64,000 nt of DNA, taken from Macrostomum lignano (taxonomy: Eukaryota). Position numbers and translations under genes: made by a program. The notes under the pieces are model-generated. The model was given only the letters and a program-made list of their open reading frames with translations, was not told the origin of the DNA and made no database searches. The DNA lies in the NCBI GenBank assembly GCA_002269645.1, contig NIVC01000099.1, forward strand, positions 620,001 to 684,000, in the 5' to 3' direction. Shown piece by piece: positions 19,316 to 30,500 of the stretch. The stretch's first letter is position 1; each line of letters begins with the position of its first letter.

Positions 19316-21321
19316 GGAAACTATTAGGGAGGCGTACCGGTAGAGGGGCATTAAAAGATGAGATATTAGACCAATAGCAGAGTATGGCACCCCGTTAGGA
19401 ATGCTGGGGAACAGAGAAGTGTTCTGCGGCGCCCCTTAATTTCCTAATTTTTAAGCTCTCCAAAGCACCACACTTCAAGCTCCGCGTGTTGTGGCTGACT
19501 TGCTTTCCCGCTTGTAGCAGAAATTTTTTGACTCCGTTCCGATTCCAAGCTTTTTATGAGGCTGAGTCGGTTTCTGAAGTCTCGCTTTTATCCGCTTCTG
19601 ATTTGGAGATATTTTTCTTAGAAGTTTATTAATAGAGCTTTCTGTTTTCATAGAAGTTTTGTGTATCAGTATTTTTAGTGTCGGCCTTGGTTGCTGATGT
19701 CTGATTGTTGCACAGACAAATTTTAAGATGACGGCAGTCCAGACTCCGCTAGTCAGGCGCTTTTTGTCTTTTCCTGTTTTTCGTCGACGTGCTTTTCGTC
19801 TGAATTTCGCGTTTTAATTTCAATAGCAAAAAACTTTATAATACCCGAACTGCACTACTGATTTTGTGCTGTGAGTAGAAATGTTTGACTTTTGCTTCGA
19901 AAAACGGTTTGAAAAACAGTGAATTTTATACCATCGGAATTAAAAAAACTTTTATGATCAAGAAAACACTTTTTGGTACCGGATGTGGCGAAATTTCAGA
20001 ATCATGTGATAACGAGCTGAAGACAATAAATTAGATATTTAATAATAAGAAGAGCAGAAAGTGTCGGCAGGCATAACAGTAGAGGTAAGTGAGAAGGGAT
20101 TGATATAAACTCGAGTCGGCCGGGTTGCCGGGGAGCTGAGACACTAAAAAGACCGCGATGTCATGGACAGCTGAAATATTGTTGAAGGACGCCTACTTCT
20201 AGTGCTCTTAGAACGTGCACTGCCAGAGCATTTAGTGGCCTAAAATGACCTAAAATATCTTTAAATAATTGCAAGTGTCATTTTAACGTACTGGTAAAAC
20301 AAAACTAAATGACAATATTTTATATAACAAACTCGATATGTGTTCGTTAATAGCCTTTTTGGGATTATAAAGAACTTTTAAAATATTTTGTTACTAGATA
20401 GTCGATTAAAAAATGTTTTTCATCCAGAGACTGTAAATTATAATAATTTAATTTGTATCTTATTTTTACTCAAACTTTAATTTAAATTTTAGGCAATTTT
20501 AAATTTTCGTTGGCATTCAATTTAATCGGATTTTAAATATATGACCTAATTATTTTTGAAAAGATGTACTTTTTCGAATTGGATTGTTAAATATCAGGTA
20601 AAGTAATTTAAACTGATATTTTGTATGCTTAAAATGATTATTTACTTTAAATTTAGATTAATAGCTCGAACTAGTCGAAAAATAAGTTGCTAAAGCATCT
20701 TTTGTTATTTTTCTCCTATATCGATTTATTTAAATTTCGATTTAACTCCATATAAAATATATAAACAGTTCTTTAAAGTCCCACGAGGCTATTAATATTA
20801 TAAACACATATTAAATCTGCTATATAAAAAATTTTCATTTGTTCTGTTTTACTGAGTGCAATCAAATGACACTTAAAATCAATTAGGATATTTTAAGCTA
20901 CTCGAACATAATTTAGTATGCTCCAATGACAAATTAATCAGCGTTGAGCAGAAAAAATGTCCTTGGTATGCTCTACTTGGCCAATCGGTTTTAGTCTATG
21001 GCGTAACCCCAATATTTCAGCGCCTTATTTCGAGAGTCCTTCTCTACTTCTCAATTATCCATGGCGGTTGGTTTAGTCACGAAAATGGCTTGGCTCGGTG
21101 TCCGTTCACCTTGGTACCGCGCGAAACATTTAAGTTGTTTGCCAGGGAGACAAGAAGGCCCCCTCTGACTATCGTTTCTGAGCATTTTCCAGGAAAAATG
21201 ATTCACGAGTTTCCCTAGGGGTGAAGGGATCAGAGGACTCCCTTGAGGTGCGTTCAGAGCGAGTGCTCAGAGACAGGAGAGCTGTCCGAAATGATGCCTG
21301 ATCTCTGCCGAGCACCGGGGG

Positions 21322-21513
21322 TCACACGAACCCGACCGACTTGCAGCTGCCTGCGGAGTCCTCGAACTCGACTCCGGCTGGCCTCGGCGAGAAATTGGCC
21401 GCTTGAGAACGCCGGCCGACCGCCGACGGTGTCGCTGGCGAACTTCGAAGGCAGCCGCCGTTGGCCGCGCCTCGAATCAACGGCGAATCGCTTTCGGAAA
21501 TTTCTGAAACACC

Positions 21514-21580
<67 letters not shown>

Positions 21581-24500
21581 GGAAGACAGCGAAGCTGCTG
21601 CTGCTGCCGGAAGCTTCCGTCCCTGCCGGCCGCTGCTGCTGCCGCTGCTGCCGGCGGGCTCAAGGAGCCGTTGGAAGATTTTCTTCTTTTGTAGTAGGAC
21701 TTGAAGTCCAGCTGTTGGGTGAACTCGGCCTCCTTCTTCTGCCGCTCGTATTTCCAGTTGTGCTCGATGACTGCGGATTGGAGTTGGCTGCTGCAGTTGC
21801 GTGTAAGTGTCACTTGAAGCTCCACTTGAACGGCCCTTTTAAGGTTAGATTAACACAATTTTCAAAACGAAAAGTTCTATTAACATCAATAGAGCTATAC
21901 TCGTAAGATGAAAGGTAAGACATATCAAAAGATGAACATTGGATCTCCCTAGCTTCTATTAAAAGCAGTAACAATTTTCGTTAAATATTTATTTTTTTAC
22001 TAGTTATTTATTAAATATTTATTTCGATATTGTCTTCCTATCGATTAACGAATGACGATGTGAAGCTGTCCAGAGATCAAATCCTTCATATGAAAGCTTC
22101 TTCCCATTGAATTCTGAGTAAATTTTGAGTAAACCCGGTTGCTCACACTGGTAGTTGGGGTTCCTCGGTGCCCACCAGAATCTCTCCCAGCACAGCAGCG
22201 CGGCGAAGAGCACGGCGAAGGCGAACGCCAGCACCAGCAGGTGCAGCTGGTTGGTGAAGAACAGCGACTTGGCGATGCCCTCCGGCGACTTCGGATCGTC
22301 GTACGGCTGAGGAGGCGGAATCGGAGTGACAGGAATCGGAGTGACAGGAATCGGAGTGACAGGAATCGGAGTGACAGGAATCGGAGTGACAGGAATCGGA
22401 GTGACAGGAATCGGAGTGACAGGAATCGGAGTGACAGGAATCGGAGTGACTAAGAATCGGAGTGACAGGAATCGGAGTGACAGGAATCGGAGTGACTAAG
22501 AATCGGAGTGACAGGAATCGGAGTGACAGGAATCGGAGTGACAGGAATCGGAGTGACAGGAATCGGAGTGACAGGAATCGGAGTGACAGGAATCGGAGTG
22601 ACAGGAATCGGAGTGACAGGAATCGGAGTGACAGGAATCGGAGTGACAGGAATCGGAGTGACAGGAATCGGAGTGACAGGAATCGGAGTGACAGGAATCG
22701 GAGTGACAGGAATCGGAGTGACAGGAATCGGAGTGACAGGAATCGGAGTGACAGGAATCGGAGTGACAGGAATCGGAGTGACAGGAATCGGAGTGACAGG
22801 AATCGGAGTGACAGGAATCGGAGTGACAGGAATCGGAGTGACAGGAATCGGAGTGACAGGAATCGGAGTGACAGGAATCGGAGTGACAGGAATCGGAGTG
22901 ACAGGAATCGGAGTGACTAAGAATCGGAGTGACAGGAATCGGAGTGACAGGAATCAGAGGAGCAGTGATGAGGCCGGGTGGCGTGATGCTAATGCAGGGT
23001 AAACTAGTAAAGCAGATTAATGAGAGGGGATGGCAAAGTCGCACGCAGAGGAGGCCTCAGAGCCGGTTCGTGCCCAAGTGGCTGTTCTGAGTATCCGCGC
23101 TCAGCAAACATCGCGGATCCTTTTCGTCTCGGGAGCAACACTTTTTGCATTGACGAGCAGCTCATTTCTTCATCTATTTAATCCTGCTCAGGCTCCGGAT
23201 GAAGCATGAGATGGAGGCTGCAACATCTGTTGCTTTCGCAGCAATTTCCGCTTCGAAGGCGAGCAATGAATGACGGGAATAAACAAAAACTGCTCAAGCC
23301 TCACTGTTGATTGGGTTGAGAAGCCAGTGACCAACCGGATTTTGCGGCTTCATTCAATAAGTTGAGTTGCCAAGCTAAACATGAAAGCTAAGGTAGCCTC
23401 GGTAGCTAAAAAGCTAAGGTGGGCATGGGAGATGAGGCTGCTAGGGTAGATGCAGCAGCTAAGTAGACCAGGTATAGTCAAGACAGCTGAGATGGACACG
23501 GAGTTCCAAGGTAGATTAGATAGCCTACGTATGTAGCTTTCGAAACATGGTAGCCAGGGTAGTTCAGGTAGCCAGGGTAGCCAAGGTAGTCAAAGTAGAC
23601 AAGGTGATCAAAGTAGCCAAGGTAGCCAGGGTAGCCAAGGTAGTTCAGGTAGCTAAAGTAGACAAGGTAGCCAAAGTAGACAAGGTAGCCAAAGTAGACA
23701 AGGTAGTCAAAGTAGCCAAGGTAGCCAGGGTAGCCAAGGTAGCTAAAGTAGACAAGTTAGTCAAAGTAGCCAAGGTAGCCAAGGTAGCCAAGGGAGTCAA
23801 AGTAGCCAATGTAGCCAAAGTAGCCAAGGTAGCCAAAGTAGACAAGGTAGTCAAAGTAGACAAGGTTGCCAAAGTAGACAAGGTAGTCAAAGTAGCCAAG
23901 GTAGCCAAGGGAGACACGGAAGAAAAGGTACCCAAAGTAGACAAGGTAGACAAGGCAGCCTATGTAGCTAAGTTAGCCCCTGACTCACCGCGTCGCTGCC
24001 CTGATGTTGCAGCCCTACAAGGTCCGCCAACACCCTATGCTGCCGGGTCACCAGCCAGTTGATGAGGCAGCCGGTGAGGCTGGATCGCAGCCTCGTCAGC
24101 AGCCCCCGCACAGACGGCCTCTTCAGCACCATCTGCAGCTTGACGCCGGCCACCTGCAGCGGGTGCTCCTGGCGCATGTGCAGGTACATGAAGTGCTCGA
24201 TCAGGGCGCCGTAGTGACGGGCGGCCCTGTTGCCATGGGAAACACCGGCAGCGTCACTGGCATTGGCCGAGGCCGGCGGTGATGAGGCTGGGTGGTCCTG
24301 CGGCGGCTCGCTGCCCGAGTGCTGCCAGGCCTGGCGGCCGAACAGCTCGTCCAAGGAGTTCACCGCTGGGTGAAGGGGTTTGGGGCGGGTCAGTCCGGGG
24401 AAATGGACGACTCAAAGTAGGACGGGCAGTGCTTCGTTCTTAGATAATCCTCGTTTCAAAATATTTCTTAGAAATTCTTAGAAAATCCGAAATATCTCAG

Positions 24501-27500
24501 TATCTCATTTAGTTCTCACTCAGTTCTCACTCTGTATCTCCCTCATTTCACTCAGTGTATCTCACTCAGTTTTCACTCGGTTTCTCGCTCAGTATCTCAC
24601 TCGGTTTCTCACTCAGTGTCTCACTCAGTATCTCATTCAGTTCTCACTAAGTTCTCACTCAGTATCTCCCTCATGTCACTCAGTTCTCACTCAGTATCTC
24701 ATTCAGTTCTCACTCAGTTCTCACTCAGTATCTCCCTCATCTCATTCAGTATCTCACTCAGTTTTCACTTGGTTTTCACTCAGTATCACACTCAGTATCT
24801 CCCTCAATATCTCCCTCAGTATCTCAGTATCTCACTCACTATCTTACTCAGTATCTCAGTATTTACCTAAGTGTCTAACTCGGCGTCTCAATCAGAATCT
24901 CACTCAGTTTTCATTCGGTATTTCACTCACTCAGTATCACACTCAGTATCTCACTCAGTATCTCACTCAGTATCGCACTCAGTATCTCACTCGGTATCTC
25001 ACTCAGTATCCCAGTATCTCACTCAGTATCTCTTAGTGTCTCTGTTTCCCATTTTGCTTCAATCAACTACCTTCTTCTTCTCGCCATTTTCCCGAGCTCT
25101 CTGCCTCCCAGACTCGGGCAGATGCTTCAGCAGAGCCTGTCCGCCTCCTGTCTCGCAGTTTTTGCGCAGTCATTTTATTTGTCTAATCTTTTATGTTTCC
25201 CAGACCGCAGAAGCAAATCAAGGACTGGCCTGGCAGCCAGGGAGCGTTTAGCAGAGAAAACTTTGCTGCTTTTACAATCCGACTGCGGAGCCTGTCTGCT
25301 AAATTTATGGCCCCGACAAGCCAAATACCAAAGTCTACCGGTGCAGCCGCTTACCGATGGGGTTCGAGCCGACTTCGTACACCAGTGTCTCCTCGAACGA
25401 GCCGTTCATCACCGTCATCTGCAGGTACCGGCCGGGGCCAGTGAAGGGAGGGGTTGGAGAGGCCGGCAGTGCTGTGCGATCTTTCAGTTTGCCCCGACAC
25501 GGATTCAGGGCTTCCAGGAATTGGTTGCTATGCTGGGTTCTTTGCGCGTGTAAATTATCGATATTGATGGGGAATCCCTTCGACAATATGATTTGGGAAT
25601 TCCCTCGACAATATGATTTGGGAATTCCCTCGACAATATGATTTGGGAATTCCCTCGACAATATTATTTGGGAATTCCCTCGACAATATGATTTGGGAAT
25701 TCCGTCGACACTATGATTTGGGAATTCCCTTCGCAAAAGTTATGTAATCCCTTTCACAATAGTAGGAAATCGCTTTAAAACGTTAACTGGGAATCCCTTC
25801 AACAGGAACCGCTTCATAATGGGAATCCATTTCGCTAGAGCAGTGGGGAATCCCTCTGACAAAAGTAGTGGGGAATCCCTTGGTTAATGGGAATCCCTTC
25901 GACAAGGATGGAGAATCCCTTTCGCAATAGTAGTAAGGAATCCCTTCGATAAGGTTAATGTGAAATTCCTTTCAAAAGATTAGTAGGGAAGCCCTTCGAA
26001 AAGTTAATGGGGAATCCCTTTTGCAAGATCAGTTGGAAATCCTTGGGTTAACGGGGAATCCGTTTTGCAAGAGTATTTGGGAATCTCTTCGACAAGGTTA
26101 GCTAGGAATCCCTTTATGCACGATTAATGGGGAATCCCTGCGTCAAAATATTTTAGAGAAGTGTCCTACTCAGTACTTTTGAGGAATTGAGGAGAAGATT
26201 CGAAGGCCTTTGTAAAAAAATATTTAGAATTTAGAAAATGTTTAGATTTTCAAAATGAAGAACAGGACAATTAGAACACGGAAACTAACATTGGCCTGGA
26301 ACAGTTTGGAGTCGTCAAACGACTGCGAGCTCTGGCCGAGCGCGGTGGTGATGCCAGCGGTGAACATGGAGGTGATCACCAGGCCGAAGCTGATCCACAG
26401 GAAGGCGAACAGCCTGCCGCAGATGGTCTTCGGCGAGCGGTCGCCGTAGCTGCGGGATTCGAAATCGGATGTCTGCTTTGGGGATCTCGGGTTGCTATGG
26501 GATATTTCTTGATTGGGGATCTCGGGTTGCTATGGGATATTTCCCGATTGGGGATGTCGGGTTGCTATGGGATATTTCCCGATTGGGGATCTCAGGTTGC
26601 TATGGGATATTTCCCGATTGGGGATCTCAGGTTGCTGTGGGATATTTCCCGATTGGGGAGCTCAGGTTGCTATGGGATATTCAGATTGATCAAGCAGCTG
26701 GCAGTTGCAGCCCCTCTGTGCTTGGGGAAAAACTTCGCCGTTGTAGGGGTTGGCTGCCAGCAGCTGACCTTAAATCATCTTCGGCTGCCTCGGGCAGCTG
26801 CGGAGCCCCCGGTGACCCCGGGATAGAAAACTTTCTCCACGCGACCCCGCGGTTAAACGAGTGAAGAATGGGCCAGGAATTCCCTTGCACCCTTCATTAT
26901 CCCATGGGATCCGTCACAGTTTTGGGCTGCGCACCGGCCGCTGCAGATTCTGCGCTGCACTGCTGAGGAATGCAGGAAAGGTGCAGGAATAGTAGCTAGG
27001 AAGAATAGATAGTGAGTAGACAGAGAGAGTAGACAGAGAGAGTAGACAGAGAGAGTAGACAGAGAGAGTAGAGAGTAGACAGAGAGAGTAGACAGAGAGA
27101 GTAGACAGAGAGAGTAGACAGAGAGAGTAGACAGAGAGAGAGTAGACAGAGAGAGTAGACAGAGAGAGTAGACAGAGAGAGTAGACAGAGAGAGTAGACA
27201 GAGAGAGTAGACAGAGAGAGTAGACAGAGAGAGTAGACAGAGAGAGTAGAGAGTAGACAGAGAGAGTAGACAGAGAGAGTAGACAGAGAGAGTAGAGAGT
27301 AGACAGAGAGAGTACACAGAGAGAGTAAACAGAGAGAGTAGACAGAGAGAGTAGACAGAGAGAGTAGACAGAGATAGTAGACAGAGAGACTAGACAGAGA
27401 GAGTAGACAGAGAGAGTAGACAGAGAGAGTAGACAGAGAGAGTAGAGAGTAGACAGAGAGAGTAGACAGAGAGAGTAGACACAGAGAGTAGACACAGAGA

Positions 27501-30500
27501 GTAGACACAGAGAGTAGACACAGAGAGTAGACACAGAGAGTAGACACAGAGAGTAGACAGAGAGAGTAGACAGAGAGAGTAGACAGAGAGAGTAGACGGA
27601 AACAGTAGACAGATATAGTAGACGAACAGAGAGAGTTGACAGGGAAAGTAGACAATGAGAGAAAACAGTAAACAGTAAACAGTAAACAGAGTAAAATACT
27701 GAGAATAGAGGTGAAGAGAAGTGTGACGCTCACGAATCCAAATGAGGGAAAGAAGAAACCTCGCGCTGAATGAATTTTCGGTAGAAAATAACAGCAGCAA
27801 TTCACCCCAGCGCGCAGGCAGTCCGCAGGCGCTGCAGAGGGCATTCATCCCCGGTTCAATGAGGTGCTTCAAGCAGGGTTGCCAGACACAGCAAATAGAA
27901 TGCCAGAATGCTTTGCAAAACGATATTTCTAAACTCACCCCACGGTTGTCATGGTGATGAAGGCCCACCAGCAGCCTTCCCAGAAGCCGCGCAGGAAGGG
28001 TCTGGGAAATTCCTGGGGATTTTTCAGCCGCTCCTGAAATCCGAGACGGGGGAGGGGAGAGGGGATGCGAGAGGCTGCGTTTGATGAAGAGGGAGCCGCA
28101 TGGGCTTGCGGAAATTGGCTGGGAGATGCCGCTGTTTCATGTCTATCTGAATGCTAATCAGTCAGTAAGCTGTTCTAACAGATAGTAAGCCTGTCTAACA
28201 GATAATAAGCCTGTCTAACAGGTAATAATCGTGTCTAACAGTTAATAAGCGTTTCTAACAGGTAATAGGTCTATCTAACAGTCAGCAAGCCTATCTAACA
28301 GTCAGCAAGCCTATCTAACAGTCAGCAAGCCTATCTAACAGTCAGCAAGCCTATCTAACAGTCAGCAAGCCTATCTAACAGTCAGCAAGCCTATCTAACA
28401 GTCAGCAAGCCTATCTAACAGTCAGCAAGCCTATCTAACAGTCAGCAAGCCTATCTAACAGTCAGCAAGCCTATCTAACAGTCAGCAAGCCTATCTAACA
28501 GTCAGCAAGCCTATCTAACAGTCAGCAAGCCTATCTAACAGTCAGCAAGCCTATCTAACAGTCAGCAGGCGCCAGTCCAGACCATGAGCCAGGCGATGAC
28601 CCCGGCGTAGGCGCAGGACACCAGGATGATGACCAGCAGCGGCCAGGCGTGAACCACGAAGTTCAGCTGCGAAATGCCGGACTGGTGCGACCGGATAGTT
28701 GGGTCCAGCCACACTGCGCCTGCGGCGGTGGGTGAGGTGCGCAGTGGAATTGGCGAATACTCTGGGGAGGGCTGATGTTGATTGAAATATAAGAGAGTGA
28801 CATTGACAATGGTACTTCGTACTGCACTGGTAGCGACATGTGAAGAGACACTTAAAATTGACACACACAGAGAGTGACATTAAGAGTGACACAGATAGTG
28901 ACATCAATAGTGACGCAGAGAGTGACATCGATAGTGACACAGAGAGTGACATCAATAGTGACACAGAGAGTGATATCAATAGTGACACAGAGAGTGATAT
29001 CGATAGTGACATAGAGAGTGACATCAACAGTGACACAGAGAGTGACACAAAGGGTGACACTGAGAATGGCATTGAGGGTGACATGCACAGGTACACTGAG
29101 AATGACATTGAGGGTGACATGTGAAGGTACACTGAGAATGGCATTGAGAGTGACATGCACAGGTACACTGAGAATGGCATTGAGAGTGACATGTACAGGT
29201 ACACTGAGAGCGGCTTCTAAATCGCTATGCACACAGAGTGAAAACTGGAGTGCCGGGTCGATAGAAATGATGAGGAGTGACAGAATTGAATCGCCCCAGT
29301 CAGACTTGTGCGCACAATGGGCCCCATTGTCTCGTTGCATTGCTGCTCGCACTTTAAATATTTGCCCAAGCAGCTTCCTAGCGAACGGCCGATAACTGGG
29401 GCAGCGCCGGGACCCGGGGGAAAGTCGTCGCAAGACGGCTCTGCCCCAGTGTTTCTCCTCTAAACAAAGTTAAGGACACGCGGATAACTGCGACCAAGGC
29501 GGGCGTGGGCCAGAGCCTGGAGCACCAATTCTTACCCTCATTTACAGACACCGGTCTGGTTCCTCATCTTATTAATTTGTCAAGCCTCCGCTTCGATTGA
29601 ACCCATAATTTGGTTTGCGCCAGCTTCATCTTAGTATCCAAGCTCGCAAACCAGATTCTTCTTTAAGGGCTCCATGACAGGCACCCGTGAGAATTTCAAG
29701 CCTGCATTGCGGGAGGGGGAAAGCCGAAAAATGGATAGGTACATGTACAGGTATAACTGTGGGTCTCCGACTGCCTCAGGCCAGGTGCATTGGACAAAGC
29801 CAGCTGATGACGCTGGGACTGAAGACCTTCGGGCAAGCGTGTCTGTTGCGATGAAAAAATGCATTTATCAGCTAATAAGGGCATCTAAGATCGATCTATG
29901 ATAGCCTACTCAGTGCAGTTAATCCACTATCATAAAAATGAGTTGTCGCTAGCCTAGGTTTCGGGTTAGGGTTAGGGTTAGGGTTAGGGTTAGGGTTAGG
30001 GTTAGGTAGGAGAGAATGAAGTGCAGTACCGGCGGATTACGACTACCGGGTTCCAATTGGCAAGGAGAGTGAGGAAGGGTACGTGTATGAATAATCTTTG
30101 TCTCATCAGGGATACCCGAGGGCTAGGGTTAGGGTTAATATGCGTTAAAATTAACTTACGTCATTTGGTCTCAAAGAAATCGTGAGCGTTTGTTTCTTAG
30201 AAAGACTCAAATCAGTATTAAAATCAACTTCTCCACTAAGAATGGACAAAACTCAACTCAACACTATCTGCTCATAAATCTAAAAATCGAATAATGCGTA
30301 TTCGAACTAGTCTAAAAGTACATTTTCAGCTGCGACATCAGCTTTATGGAGAGGAGTTTAAGCTTTCTGCAATAGCTGGGGGTAACCGAAATTGCCAGCA
30401 AAATATAACAAGCAGTCTGCATCCGCACTCGGTGGGGAGAAGCTGCAAAAACATTTCGCTCCGCTGCGGGCAGCGTGGATGTTTTTGCTTTTGCGTGCTG

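Noticed and set aside
22139-23044. RNRSD/TGIGV/HSDSC repeat ORFs
   Set aside because: 15-bp stop-free minisatellite inside an intron of the channel gene.
23547-24062. VAK-repeat ORF resembling an antifreeze or structural protein
   Set aside because: 9-bp intronic repeat; open on both strands, no other coding evidence.
25355-25380. B-box-like GGGTTCGAGCC on + strand
   Set aside because: It is the antisense of a coding exon (VGSNPI) of the channel gene.
26853-27968. Hydrophobic LSVYSLCLL repeat ORFs
   Set aside because: Reverse strand of a 13-bp purine minisatellite in an intron.
29963-30006. True chromosome end
   Set aside because: Only ~7 units, embedded in an intron with continuous gene structure on both sides.
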